Below, one piece after another: positions 48,982 through 59,376 of a DNA stretch of 64,000 bases (the stretch's first letter is position 1; every line of letters starts with the position of its first letter). This DNA comes from an uncultured Pelagibacteraceae bacterium. GTDB lineage: Bacteria > Pseudomonadota > Alphaproteobacteria > Pelagibacterales > Pelagibacteraceae. A program made the translations under genes and the position numbers. The stretch is from assembly GCA_902528375.1 (NCBI GenBank), contig CABZSS010000004.1, positions 8,326-72,325 on the forward strand. Reading direction: 5' to 3'. The notes under the pieces are model-generated. The model did no database searches, had not been told where the DNA came from, and was given only the letters and a program-made list of their open reading frames with translations.

Positions 48982-49754
48982 TAATGGATCGCTGATTTAA
49001 CAGTCCCAATTTTATCAATTTTTGCTACATACATTCCTTTGTTTTTAAGTGGAACAACACCTACCGTAGAACCAGTAAAAACAAAAAAGTTTGAATTCAA
49101 TTTAACCTTATCTTTTTTCATTTTATTCAAAACAAATCTCAAGGAATTTAGTGGATTAATATATACTGTATTAGTATTTCCTTTTACAGTATTTCCGGTC
49201 TTTATATTTTTAATACTGCACTTAAGATTATCTATATTCAACCTTTTGAACTTCTTTTTTGAACCAACAAAAAATTTTATATTAGCGCCGAAATCACTTG
49301 CTAAATCTCCTAAATATTTTATACCTTGTTTTTTTTGTCTATAACCAACCACCTCAATGCATGGCATCATATGAGTTATATATTTACTTACATTTTTCAT
49401 GGTAATTAAACTTTTGTTTTCAAAAAAATTCTTATTAATTAGATATCCAACCTCTACCTCTATACCCAATGTTGAACTATTAATTTTGACACCTTTGCCA
49501 CTCTTTAAAACATTATTTTTAAAGATAGCAGAGTAAAAAGGTTCTTTTTCTTTTAATTTTTTTAATACGGGTAAGCCAGTGCCGCCCGCTTTAAACCCAA
49601 CAATTTTTGTATTAATTTTAGACTCACAAATTTTTCTAAGCCTTGTCGCATTTTTAATATTTTTTGTATATTTAATTGGAAGTGGACTTATCAATTTGTT
49701 TTTTTTGTAAGCGATTACCAGCTTATCAGCAAATTTTTCAATTTCTTTTTTCAT
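48981..49754 (-). CDS. 2-keto-4-pentenoate hydratase-like (FAH superfamily)
   Basis: GFKAG, GIEVEVGY, PCIEVV..R, NPLNSL, FTGS. Confidence 0.65.
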   Translation of the reverse strand: MKKEIEKFADKLVIAYKKNKLISPLPIKYTKNIKNATRLRKICESKINTKIVGFKAGGTGLPVLKKLKEKEPFYSAIFKNNVLKSGKGVKINSSTLGIEVEVGYLINKNFFENKSLITMKNVSKYITHMMPCIEVVGYRQKKQGIKYLGDLASDFGANIKFFVGSKKKFKRLNIDNLKCSIKNIKTGNTVKGNTNTVYINPLNSLRFVLNKMKKDKVKLNSNFFVFTGSTVGVVPLKNKGMYVAKIDKIGTVKSAIH

Positions 49755-50554
49755 TAATTTAATACACTACCTGGATCTAATTTAACATCAAACCAATTTA
49801 ATCTAACATCTAAATGAGGTCCAGTAGCGCGACCAGATTTCCCAACAGTGCCAATTATATCCCCCTTTTTAACCTCTTGCCCCATTTCTACAAAAATTTC
49901 ATTCATATGCATGTATAAAGTTGAAATTCCATGGCCATGATCAAAAATCAATGTAGCTCCAGTATAATAAAGATCTTTCTCGGCAAGGGTAACTACTCCA
50001 CTCAACATTGCTTTTATTGGAGTACCAGTTTTTTGGGCGTAATCTAAACCGTAATGTGGCCACCTCGGTTTTCCATTCAAAATTCTTTGACTGCCGTAAA
50101 CGCCTGTTATGATCGCATCATCAACTGGAGTTATAAATTTATCTTTAAAAAATATTAGATTGGTATCAACAGCTCTTGCTTTTCCAATAAGTCTATTTTC
50201 TTTTCTAATTCTGTCATAAACTTCCTTCGGAGGCGTAACTTTTTTTTCAGGCAAACCATCTATTCTTTGTATTTTATATTCCCTTTTTAAAACTTTTTTA
50301 ACAAATTGATTTTTAACTCCATTAAGAGTTTCGGTTATAATAACATCATTTTTTCTGTCTCTTCCAAGGCCAAATGCAAAAAAACCATCCTTTGAAACTC
50401 TAATACTCTTTTTATCAATTTGTATTTTAGCTCCAGGATCAGTTTTACCTAATATAAAGTGGCCTTGAATGAACTTTCCCTCGAATTCAATTGCGTGACT
50501 ATTAAATTGAACAAGTAAAAAAATTACTAGGTATTTTATTATTTTGAAGTCCAT
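49754..50554 (-). CDS. M23 family metallopeptidase
   Basis: HYGLDY, DHGHG..TLYMHM, GRATGPHLD. Confidence 0.9.
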   Translation of the reverse strand: MDFKIIKYLVIFLLVQFNSHAIEFEGKFIQGHFILGKTDPGAKIQIDKKSIRVSKDGFFAFGLGRDRKNDVIITETLNGVKNQFVKKVLKREYKIQRIDGLPEKKVTPPKEVYDRIRKENRLIGKARAVDTNLIFFKDKFITPVDDAIITGVYGSQRILNGKPRWPHYGLDYAQKTGTPIKAMLSGVVTLAEKDLYYTGATLIFDHGHGISTLYMHMNEIFVEMGQEVKKGDIIGTVGKSGRATGPHLDVRLNWFDVKLDPGSVLN

Positions 50555-51306
50555 CCACCATCAACTAATAAAGAAGTTCCGGTAATCATTGATGCCTGAT
50601 CAGAGGCAAGAAATACTACAGCACTCGCGACGTCAGAAAGCTCAGCAAACCTTCCTAGTGGAATATTCTCCAAAACCTCCCTCATAAATTTTTTGTCTTT
50701 TAAAAATTTACTTGTCATTGGGGTAACAACAAAGGTAGGGCATACTGTGTTCACTCTTATATTATGCTTTGCCAGGTCAATAGACATTCCTTTAGTAAGT
50801 CCTTCAAAACCAAACTTGGTCATATTATAAACACTTCTTATGGGTCCGCCTACATGACCCATTTGTGATGACATATTAATGATAACACCCCCAACTTTTT
50901 TTCTTTTCTTTAACTCGATCATTTTTAAAGCAGATAGTTGAGCAATATTAAAAGTAGCCATAGTGTTTATTTTCACAACATATTCCATATCTTTTCTTTT
51001 TACTTTAGTAAAATGCTCAGGAATATTAGTTCCAGCGTTATTCACTAAAATGTCAATTCTTTTTTGAGAGTCTATTAATGATTTAATTTCAGAATATTTT
51101 GTGACATCACAAACGTACGATTTACATTTTGATCTAAATTTCTTAACAATTTTTGAAACTTGATCTAAGTCTTTTTTTGTTCTACTAACGATGATTAAAC
51201 TAGCTCCGGCTTCAGCTAAAGCTATCGCACAAGCTTTTCCAATACCTTTTCCTGCCCCTGTAACAAGAGCAACTTTATTTTTAAGATTTTGTTTTTTAAG
51301 AAACAT
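50539..51306 (-). CDS. SDR oxidoreductase (possibly HpsO-like)
   Basis: TGAGKGIG, NNAG, NMSSQMGHVGG, YNMTK, VCPTFV.TP. Confidence 0.85.
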   Translation of the reverse strand: MFLKKQNLKNKVALVTGAGKGIGKACAIALAEAGASLIIVSRTKKDLDQVSKIVKKFRSKCKSYVCDVTKYSEIKSLIDSQKRIDILVNNAGTNIPEHFTKVKRKDMEYVVKINTMATFNIAQLSALKMIELKKRKKVGGVIINMSSQMGHVGGPIRSVYNMTKFGFEGLTKGMSIDLAKHNIRVNTVCPTFVVTPMTSKFLKDKKFMREVLENIPLGRFAELSDVASAVVFLASDQASMITGTSLLVDGGWTSK

Positions 51307-51885
51307 TTATAATAATAGTACTTTTATATCTGTATAAATCAATTCTATTGCAACTATTAGAACTGCTAGCAAACCCACCCAAGCAATCCATTTATATTTT
51401 TTAATCCATCCTGAAATTAATGTTGCAGCAGTTGCCATTAATATTATTGATAAAGCAAGCCCAAATACTAATAAGTAGTAATGGTCTCTTGCAGCTCCTG
51501 CAACTCCTAAAACATTGTCTAAACTCATAGTTATGTCCGCAAGAATGACCGTTGTAATAGCTTTTAAAAAAGAGGAATTATCAATTTTAATATTATCTTC
51601 TTTCCCTTGTTGTTTAACGACATCAACATAAAGTTTATAGCAAATGTACAATAGTAAAATTCCACCAATTAATCTTAATCCTGAAATTTGTAATAAGTAT
51701 GCAGTGATAAGAGTGAATAAAATTCTTAAAACTACAGCTGCACCAATACCCCAAAAAATTATTTTTTTTCTTTGTTCTGACGGAAACTGAGATGCTACCA
51801 TCCCAATAATAATTGCGTTATCACCGGCAAGAACTAAATCGATAAAAATAATTTGAAAAAAAATTAATATTTGTTCAGAAAACAT
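51307..51885 (-). CDS. TerC/YjbE-family membrane protein
   Basis: IDLVLAGDNAIII, ADITMSLDNVLGVAGAA. Confidence 0.9.
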   Translation of the reverse strand: MFSEQILIFFQIIFIDLVLAGDNAIIIGMVASQFPSEQRKKIIFWGIGAAVVLRILFTLITAYLLQISGLRLIGGILLLYICYKLYVDVVKQQGKEDNIKIDNSSFLKAITTVILADITMSLDNVLGVAGAARDHYYLLVFGLALSIILMATAATLISGWIKKYKWIAWVGLLAVLIVAIELIYTDIKVLLL

Positions 51886-53480
51886 TAAGAGTTCAATATC
51901 ATATCTGCACCCTTTTCAGCAATCATAATAGTCGGAGCATTAGTATTTCCAGACGTTATATTTGGCATTATGGATGCATCTATTACTCTTAATTTGTTAA
52001 GACCATGAACTTTTAATTTATCTGATACAACGGCTGACTCATCATTTCCCATTTTGCAAGTTCCTACTGGGTGGAAAATTGTTTGAGCATAATGGCTACA
52101 AGCTTTTACGATTTCCTCTTTATCATTTAAGTGAGAGCCAGGTCTAAATTCTTCAGGCTCAAATTTTTTAAATTCATTTGTTTCCATTACAATTTTCCTT
52201 ATTAACTTAATTCCATCAGCAGCAACCTTTCTGTCCTCATCTGTAGAAAGATAATTCATCTTAATTTTTGGATTTACCTTTGAGTCACTACTACTTATTG
52301 TAATTTCACCTCTACTTGTTGGTCTTATGTTTGCAACTGTTGGTGTAAATGCATGAAAATCGTGCAAGTTTGCACCTCCTAATTTGTCTGTGCTAATTGG
52401 CTGAATATGAAATTGTAAGTTTGGAGTGTCTCTTGTTGGGTCACTCTTAGCAAAACCACAAAGTTGGCTAGCACCCATAGTCATTGGACCTTTTCTTCTA
52501 AAAACATACTCAAGTCCAATTAAAAGTTTACCAAACGCACTGTTAATTTTTTTATTTAAAGTTTTTATATTTTTAACTTTATAGACTGGTCTAAACATTA
52601 AATGATCCTGAAGGTTTTTACCAACACCTCTAAGATCTTTGACGATATTAATTCCAAAATCTTTTATTTTTGAAGCCTCTCCAATACCTGAAGTTTGGAG
52701 TATATGGGGGCTTCCAATTGATCCTGCACAAAGTAAGATCTCTTTTTCAGCTTTAACGGTAAAATCTTCTTTTCCCCTTGAATAAGTAACGCTATCTGCG
52801 TTATTTCCAATGAAATTAATTTTTTGAACATGACAATTGGTTTGAATTTTTAAGTTTTTATTTCTTTTGACAGGATTTAAATAACCAACTGCTGCACTGC
52901 ATCTTAATCCATTCCTCTCAGTAACCTGAAAATAACCACACCCAAAATTATCTCCTTTGTTAAAATCATTTACTTTTGGAATACCAACCTCATTTGCTGC
53001 ATTCATGAACACATCTAGTATATTCAGTTTTATTCTTTGATCTGATACGGCCAAAGGCCCTCCAACACCGTGAAATTCATCACCACCTCTCTCTTGATCT
53101 TCAGCTTTGATGAAGTAAGGTAAAACGTCTTTCCAAGCCCAACCAACATTTCCGTGTTGTCTCCATAAATCATAATCTTGTTCTTGACCCCTAATGTACA
53201 AAAGACCATTAATTGATGAGCTACCACCTAAAGTCTTTCCTCTAGGATAGGGTATAGATACGTTTTCCATACTCTCATCTGGTTCAGTTTTAAAACACCA
53301 ATCTGTTTTAGGATTATGCATTGTTTTGTAATAACCAACCGGTATGTGTATCCATGGGTAAGTGTCCTTGCCTCCTGCTTCTATTAATAAAACATTATAT
53401 TTATTTGTTTTAACTATTCGATTAGCTAAAACACACCCAGCAGAACCAGCACCAATTATTATGTAATCAAATTTTTCCAT
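51885..53480 (-). CDS. GMC-family flavoprotein oxidoreductase (choline dehydrogenase-like)
   Basis: IIGAGSAGC, PRGKTLGGSSSINGLLYIRG, VGKNLQDH, HPVGTCKMG, SGNTNAPTIMIAEK. Confidence 0.92.
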   Translation of the reverse strand: MEKFDYIIIGAGSAGCVLANRIVKTNKYNVLLIEAGGKDTYPWIHIPVGYYKTMHNPKTDWCFKTEPDESMENVSIPYPRGKTLGGSSSINGLLYIRGQEQDYDLWRQHGNVGWAWKDVLPYFIKAEDQERGGDEFHGVGGPLAVSDQRIKLNILDVFMNAANEVGIPKVNDFNKGDNFGCGYFQVTERNGLRCSAAVGYLNPVKRNKNLKIQTNCHVQKINFIGNNADSVTYSRGKEDFTVKAEKEILLCAGSIGSPHILQTSGIGEASKIKDFGINIVKDLRGVGKNLQDHLMFRPVYKVKNIKTLNKKINSAFGKLLIGLEYVFRRKGPMTMGASQLCGFAKSDPTRDTPNLQFHIQPISTDKLGGANLHDFHAFTPTVANIRPTSRGEITISSSDSKVNPKIKMNYLSTDEDRKVAADGIKLIRKIVMETNEFKKFEPEEFRPGSHLNDKEEIVKACSHYAQTIFHPVGTCKMGNDESAVVSDKLKVHGLNKLRVIDASIMPNITSGNTNAPTIMIAEKGADMILNS

Positions 53481-53622
53481 TTTAAGTATTATATCAAAAA
53501 AAATTAAAATTTATCGATTTATAAAGGGTTTTTTAGAATTAATTAAGTTAATTCCAACTTGTATATCCTCTTAATATTTGATTGGATATAGGTAATTAAA
53601 TTTAACTTAAGAGGGGAAAATA

Positions 53623-54714
53623 ATGAAAAAAATCATTTCATTGATGTTTGCGGCATTTTTAGTTCTTGGATTTATATCCAATGCTAGTGCTAAAACATTA
53701 AAATGTCAGACGGTTCTTAATACTAAGGCCGATGAAGTCAAAATGTTAAAAGACTTTACTGACACTGTAACAGCTCTTACTGATGGCTCATTGAAATTTG
53801 AAATTTTGCCAGCAGGAGCAGTTGTTGGAGTTAAAGAAACGTTAGATGCAGTTGATAAAGGATTAATTGACTGTGGGTTTGCTTGGACTCACTATTGGTC
53901 AGGTGATCACCCTGCAGCTATGTTATTTGGTTCACCAGTAGCAGGAGGTGGAGTAGGTATTGATAACTTAGCGTTCTTATCATGGTTTCAATATGGCGGT
54001 GGTAAAGAACTATACGATCAGTTGTGGAAAGAAATGGGAAGAGATATTAAAGGATTTATGCTTCAACCAGTTGGCCCAGAAGCTTTAGGTTGGTTTCCAA
54101 AACCAATCAAAGATATGGCTGATTTTAGAAAATATAAATTCAGAACTCCTCCAGGAATTCCAGGACAAACTTACAAAGACATTGGTATAGCATCTGTTGC
54201 AATGGGTGGTGGAGATATTCTTCCGGCATTAGAAGCAGGTACAATCGATGCAGCTGAGTGGTGTTGTCCAAAACCAGATTTAACATTTGGTTTTCAAAAA
54301 GTTTTAAAACATTACTATCTACAAGGTTTACACCAAGTAGTAGTTAATGCTGACTTTTATATAACTGGAAAAACTTACAAAGCAATGACTGATCATGAGA
54401 AGAAATCTCTTGAAGTTGCTGCTAATGCTTCATTAGCTAAATCTTTAAGCTACAGAATCTATGAAAATGGAAAAGCTTTACAAGAATTAACTACAAAGCA
54501 TGGAGTTATCTTAGAAGATACACCTTCAGATTACTTTAAAGAGTACATGGCAGCTGCAAAAGCTACATTGAACAAAAATGCAGAACAGAACAAGTTCTTC
54601 AAAAAAGTTTACGACTCAATGAAAGATTTTGCTGACGTTGCTGTTCCATTCTGGAGTGGTGCTCAAATGTCAAATGCTAAGCTAGGAATGGCTCACGCAG
54701 CAACATTAAAGTAA
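53623..54714 (+). CDS. TRAP transporter substrate-binding protein (DctP/TakP-like)
   Basis: Signal peptide; LPAGAVVG, DAVDKG, GWF.KPI, KFRTPPG, GTIDAAEW. Confidence 0.9.
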   Translation: MKKIISLMFAAFLVLGFISNASAKTLKCQTVLNTKADEVKMLKDFTDTVTALTDGSLKFEILPAGAVVGVKETLDAVDKGLIDCGFAWTHYWSGDHPAAMLFGSPVAGGGVGIDNLAFLSWFQYGGGKELYDQLWKEMGRDIKGFMLQPVGPEALGWFPKPIKDMADFRKYKFRTPPGIPGQTYKDIGIASVAMGGGDILPALEAGTIDAAEWCCPKPDLTFGFQKVLKHYYLQGLHQVVVNADFYITGKTYKAMTDHEKKSLEVAANASLAKSLSYRIYENGKALQELTTKHGVILEDTPSDYFKEYMAAAKATLNKNAEQNKFFKKVYDSMKDFADVAVPFWSGAQMSNAKLGMAHAATLK

Positions 54715-54736
54715 AAGTATAAACTTTAAATTATTT

Positions 54737-54765
54737 AAGAGCGGGCTTTACAGTCCGCTCTTTTT
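54737..54765 (+). terminator. Hairpin/terminator after the TRAP binding-protein gene
   Basis: AAGAGCGGGCT-TTAC-AGTCCGCTCTTTTT. Confidence 0.8.
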
Positions 54766-54781
54766 GTTTAGAATTCAATGT

Positions 54782-55396
54782 ATGAATGACCAACCTCCAA
54801 AAATAGACATTTCAGATGAAATGATCGCTGAAAGACGGGGAGGTTCCAATAAAATGCCTGATGATATGCCATTATGGATGGCAAACTCTATAATCAAAAT
54901 AGATAAGTTTAGCAAACGAATTGGTAATGTTGTTTGCTGGATATTGATACCTCTAATATTTGCTATGACTTATGAAGTATTTGCAAGAAAATTATTTTTA
55001 GCACCGACAATTTGGGCATATGACATAAGTAGATTTCTTTATGGAGCCTTGTTTATGTTGGGAGCGGGCTATGCTCTATCAAAAGGGGTTCATATAAGAG
55101 CAGATTTTTTATACAGAAACTTTAAAACTAAAACACAAGGTTTAATCGATTTCTGGTTATACATTTTATTTTATTTTCCTGGCTTAATCGTATTTCTTTA
55201 TATGACGATTGGTTTTGTTGAAGAGTCCGTTAGAAGAGGTGAAAGAGGAATGGACACTACATGGATGCCATATATGTGGCCAATTAAAACGTGTCTGTTA
55301 GTTGGAATTATTTTTTTATTAATTCAAGGTTTCTCTGAATTATTAAAGAGTTATTGGGCTGCTAAAAAAGGCGAGTGGCCTGGAGCAAAAAAATGA
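54782..55396 (+). CDS. TRAP small permease (DctQ)
   Basis: YEVFAR, PTIWAYD, LYGALFMLG, HIRADF; ATG 54782 preferred to TTG 54764. Confidence 0.88.
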   Translation: MNDQPPKIDISDEMIAERRGGSNKMPDDMPLWMANSIIKIDKFSKRIGNVVCWILIPLIFAMTYEVFARKLFLAPTIWAYDISRFLYGALFMLGAGYALSKGVHIRADFLYRNFKTKTQGLIDFWLYILFYFPGLIVFLYMTIGFVEESVRRGERGMDTTWMPYMWPIKTCLLVGIIFLLIQGFSELLKSYWAAKKGEWPGAKK

Positions 55397-56727
55397 TAGC
55401 CGCACTAATAGATCCAGCAATACTTGGTTTTATATTAGTCGGTGTAATGCTATTTGCAATATTTGTTGGTTTCCCAATTTCTTTTACACTTATATTTTTG
55501 GGATTTGTTTTTGGTTATTTAGGTTTTGGAAAATTAGTATTTTATTTAATGACCCTCCAATTCTCCATGGTAATGACAGAGCAGACGCTCGCCGCCGTTC
55601 CACTCTTTGTGTTTATGGGAATAATGATGGAACAAGCTGGCTTAATGGAAAGATTATTTTCTGCTTTTCAATTGATGTTGTCGAAGGTTAGGGGTGCTTT
55701 ATATTACGCAGTTTTATTTGTTTCAGTAATTTTTGCAGCTGCAACTGGAATAGTTGGTGCCTCAGTAACGATTTTAGGAATTATGGCTGCTAAATCAATG
55801 AACAGATCTGGATACGATGTAAAACTTGCTGCTGGAACAATAACAGCTGGAGGTACTTTGGGAATTTTAATTCCACCAAGTATTATGTTAGTGGTAATGG
55901 GTCCAATTATGGAAATACCAGTTATTGACTTATTTGCTGCTGCAATTTTGCCAGGAATATTACTTGCCTCTTTGTATGCGGCTTACACCACAATTAGATG
56001 TATGATAAATCCAAAATTAGGACCTGTTTTGTCTGAAGATATGAGAGCGGTTAGTATGAAAGAGGTGTGGATTGAATTTTTTTTAGGTCTTGTGCCACCA
56101 GCAGCATTAGTTTTTGCCGCTCTTGGAAGTATATTATTTGGATTTGCAACACCTACAGAAGCTGCAGGATGCGGTGCAATGGGTGCACTTCTCTTAACAC
56201 TAGCTTATAAAAAATTAACTTTACCAAAATTACAGGAAGCTTTAGTAAAAACTTTAGAAATCACAGCTTTAATTATGGTTTTAGTTGCTGCATCAAATTT
56301 CTTTGGAGCGGTGTTTGCAAGATTAGGTACACCAACATTGCTTACTGAATTTTTATTAGGTTTAGAAATGAATAAATACCTAATACTTACAATGATAATG
56401 GTGATGATATTTTTATTAGGCTGGCCGTTAGAATGGGTTCCAATAGTGATGATAATAATTCCAATTATCCTACCATTAGTTGAGGCCTTGGGATTTAATT
56501 TAACATGGTTTGCGATTCTTGTTGCAGTTAACTTACAGACCGCCTGGCTGTCTCCACCTGTAGCTCTATCTGCCTATTTCTTAAAAGGAGTCGTTCCAGA
56601 GTGGGATTTAAAGGACATTTATCTTGGAATGATGCAGTTTATGGTCCTTCAAATAATTGGATTAATCATTATTATAATATTTCCTAAGATTGTCCTTTGG
56701 TTACCTACTGTCTTGTATGGACAGTAA
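55393..56727 (+). CDS. TRAP large permease (DctM)
   Basis: AVPLFVFMG, AAATGIVGAS, GGTLGILIPPS, ATPTEAAG, NLQTAWLSPP; ATGA overlap with dctQ. Confidence 0.92.
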   Translation: MIAALIDPAILGFILVGVMLFAIFVGFPISFTLIFLGFVFGYLGFGKLVFYLMTLQFSMVMTEQTLAAVPLFVFMGIMMEQAGLMERLFSAFQLMLSKVRGALYYAVLFVSVIFAAATGIVGASVTILGIMAAKSMNRSGYDVKLAAGTITAGGTLGILIPPSIMLVVMGPIMEIPVIDLFAAAILPGILLASLYAAYTTIRCMINPKLGPVLSEDMRAVSMKEVWIEFFLGLVPPAALVFAALGSILFGFATPTEAAGCGAMGALLLTLAYKKLTLPKLQEALVKTLEITALIMVLVAASNFFGAVFARLGTPTLLTEFLLGLEMNKYLILTMIMVMIFLLGWPLEWVPIVMIIIPIILPLVEALGFNLTWFAILVAVNLQTAWLSPPVALSAYFLKGVVPEWDLKDIYLGMMQFMVLQIIGLIIIIIFPKIVLWLPTVLYGQ

Positions 56728-56751
56728 TACATATTTGTTTAATATGTAATT

Positions 56752-58209
56752 GTGAGCTCAGAAAAAGAAAAATTTAATCTTACTAACTGGGAAATAGTTT
56801 CAGTAAACCCTATTGACAAAAATTGGGACTGGAAAGATATGTTTTGTTTTTGGTCTGTCGGACTTCAAAGCATAATGTCTTTTGCCTTAATAGCTTCATT
56901 ATATTTTGTTTATAATTTAAATTTTTATGAAGTCCTATTTGGGAGTTTACTAGCATCTTTATTGGTGAGTTACTTATCTTATATTGTTGGAAAACCCTCT
57001 CAAAAGCATGGAATTCCTTTCCCAGTTTTTTTAAGAATATCATCTGGATACCAAGGGGCAAAATTTATAAGTCTAACAAGAGGTATAGTTGGAATATTCT
57101 TTTTTGGTGTTCAAACTTATTTTATTTCCAAATCTATTGGATATTTAATTAGAATTTCTTTATTTCAAATTGACAGTGAAATACTAAACAACGATGTATT
57201 TTTTAACTATTTTATGACAATGAACTTAATAGATTGGGTAAGTTTTATTTTTACGATTTTAATTCAATATTTTTTGTTTAGTAGAGGACAAAAATTCATA
57301 AGGAATTTTATTAATTTCTCAGCTTTATTCGTTTATGCAGGTTTATTACTATTTTTTATAGTACTAATTGCTGATCAAGAGTTGTTTGTAATAGACTCTT
57401 TTATAAGCAAAATAAATCTTGAGAATGGATTTACCAATTTTCAATTTAAAAATATGATTGGTATAACAGGTACCTTATTCGCTTATTTTTCTATTTTGAT
57501 TATGAATTTTGGAGATTACTCAAGATATGTAAAAAGCTCTCAGGAACTACTTAAAGGAAATCTAAGTTTATTGTTAAGTACGATAATTTACTCATTTTTA
57601 TTATTAGTTATTGTTATTGGTGCTGATATTTTTTTTAAAAGTGGTCAAATATCAACTCAAAATCTGCTTACAAATCCAACAGATATCGTAGGCAAAATTA
57701 ATAATACTTACATAACTGTAACAGTTTTAATCTTTATTTTTTTTGCATCGTCTTCAACTAATTTAATCGCAAATTATTTCCCTTCTCAAAATGTATTACT
57801 AAATTTACTTCCAAACAGTTTATCTTTAAAGAGTTCTGGATTTTTAATAATTTTGTTTGGCTTTTTAATTGGAATTTTTTGGACACCGTTCTTCAGTCAA
57901 AATGGATCTATGTCAATAATTGATACACTTTCAGCTTTTTTTGGACCTATTTTTGGTGTCATGATTTTTGATTATTATGTAGTGAAAAATAAAATGGTCA
58001 TAAATAAAGATTTATTTTCAGCCAGAAACGATAGTGCATACCTTTATTCTGGAGGATGGCATTTAAAAGCATATTATTCTTTTATAATAGGATTCATATT
58101 TTCATCTGCATCAATTTGGAATTCAAAATTCATGTTTTTAGATACTTTTTCTTTTATAATAGGTTTTATAACTGCGGGTATTACTTATTATCTATTAGCA
58201 AGCGATTGA
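56752..58209 (+). CDS. NCS1 (cytosine/allantoin-type) permease
   Basis: GKPSQKHGIPFPVFLRISSG..GA...RGIVGIFFFGVQT, NFGDYSRY, STNLIANY, GPIFGVMIFDYY. Confidence 0.85.
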   Translation: MSSEKEKFNLTNWEIVSVNPIDKNWDWKDMFCFWSVGLQSIMSFALIASLYFVYNLNFYEVLFGSLLASLLVSYLSYIVGKPSQKHGIPFPVFLRISSGYQGAKFISLTRGIVGIFFFGVQTYFISKSIGYLIRISLFQIDSEILNNDVFFNYFMTMNLIDWVSFIFTILIQYFLFSRGQKFIRNFINFSALFVYAGLLLFFIVLIADQELFVIDSFISKINLENGFTNFQFKNMIGITGTLFAYFSILIMNFGDYSRYVKSSQELLKGNLSLLLSTIIYSFLLLVIVIGADIFFKSGQISTQNLLTNPTDIVGKINNTYITVTVLIFIFFASSSTNLIANYFPSQNVLLNLLPNSLSLKSSGFLIILFGFLIGIFWTPFFSQNGSMSIIDTLSAFFGPIFGVMIFDYYVVKNKMVINKDLFSARNDSAYLYSGGWHLKAYYSFIIGFIFSSASIWNSKFMFLDTFSFIIGFITAGITYYLLASD

Positions 58210-58955
58210 TGAATAAATTCGATTTAAATAAAAAAAATGCAATTATTACTGGCGGCGCACAAGGATTTGGACTTGATATTGCAAAAAGATTCCTTCAATC
58301 AGGAGCTAAAGTAATTATTTGGGACTCTGATGAAAAAGAACTCGAAAAAGCTTTAAAATTAATCAATGATCAAAATCTTTCCAGTGATGTTGTAGACGTA
58401 TCAGACCCAAAGAGTGTCGATGATGTTTTAAACAAAATTACATCTAAAACAAAAATTGATATTCTGATAAATAATGCAGGGATTACAGGCTCTACAACAG
58501 AATTATGGAATTATGATTACGAAGAATGGAAAAAAATAATAAATATTAATTTACATGGAACCTTTAACTGTTGTAAGTCAGTTGTACCCCACATGATTAA
58601 AAATAATTATGGAAGAATTGTTAATATAGCATCTGTCTCTGGCAAAGACGGAAATGCGAAAGCTAGTGCATATAGTTCATCTAAAGCAGGAGTAATAGCG
58701 CTTACAAAATCTTTAGGGAAAGAACTTGCAGATAAAAACATAGCAGTAAATGCAATAACTCCGGCGGGAGCTAAAACCAGAATTCTTGACCAAATGTCAA
58801 AAGAGCATGTTCAAAGGATGCTTTCAAAAGTACCTAGGGCAAGGTTTCTTGAGTTAGAAGAACTTACATCAATGGTTTGCTGGTTATCTTCAGCAGAAAA
58901 TTCTTTTTCAACCGCCGCTGTATTTGACATTAGCGGCGGAAGATCTACTTATTAG
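58209..58955 (+). CDS. SDR oxidoreductase
   Basis: Start at ATG 58209 (TGATG overlap); TGGAQGFG, NNAGITG, YSSSK, AVFDISGGRSTY. Confidence 0.88.
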   Translation: MNKFDLNKKNAIITGGAQGFGLDIAKRFLQSGAKVIIWDSDEKELEKALKLINDQNLSSDVVDVSDPKSVDDVLNKITSKTKIDILINNAGITGSTTELWNYDYEEWKKIININLHGTFNCCKSVVPHMIKNNYGRIVNIASVSGKDGNAKASAYSSSKAGVIALTKSLGKELADKNIAVNAITPAGAKTRILDQMSKEHVQRMLSKVPRARFLELEELTSMVCWLSSAENSFSTAAVFDISGGRSTY

Positions 58956-59076
58956 GCTTTTCTTTAGGGATTATAATATTTGTCTCAAAATACTTGCTTT
59001 TTTCCTTAGCTATAACTGGAGCTAATATTATAACTGACCAATAAATTAGGAGCATAAAAATGGATAAGGTCTTCAA
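58945..59076 (-). CDS. Possible small exported peptide (43 aa)
   Basis: TTG start overlapping the upstream stop (TTGA); MKTLSIFMLLIYWSVIILAPVIAKEKSKYFETNIIIPKEKPNK. Confidence 0.4.
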   Translation of the reverse strand: MKTLSIFMLLIYWSVIILAPVIAKEKSKYFETNIIIPKEKPNK

Positions 59077-59279
59077 AGCTTTTCTCCATTGTTGGCACAA
59101 TTTTCTTTATTTATTTTGTCATCAAATGTCTCAAGATTACCTTTATTTATGATCCAAACGTATGACTTCTCATAGGTATTATCTGAAGCTAATTTTGTAC
59201 ATTTTTTACCCAATTTTACTGAATGAGTTGAACAGTTTGTTAACATAATTAACAAGATTAAAGAGATATATTTTTTCAT
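59073..59279 (-). CDS. Small lipoprotein
   Basis: From ATG 59279: MKKYISLILLIMLTNC lipobox, plus two further Cys. Confidence 0.7.
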   Translation of the reverse strand: MKKYISLILLIMLTNCSTHSVKLGKKCTKLASDNTYEKSYVWIINKGNLETFDDKINKENCANNGEKL

Positions 59280-59376
59280 ATTGACCTTATAAGACCCAAA
59301 AATGAATTTTGAATGACTGAAAATTGTCAAAAGTAAGATTTAAAAAAAAATTTGAAAAAAAATTATTTTAGTTTAT

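Noticed and set aside
58056-58208. N-terminal extensions in the ORF track (SDR 58056, UDG 61223, binding protein 6050, dctM 55375, lipoprotein 59330)
   Set aside because: They overlap neighbouring genes or regulatory sites; downstream ATGs fit family N-termini and coupling better.
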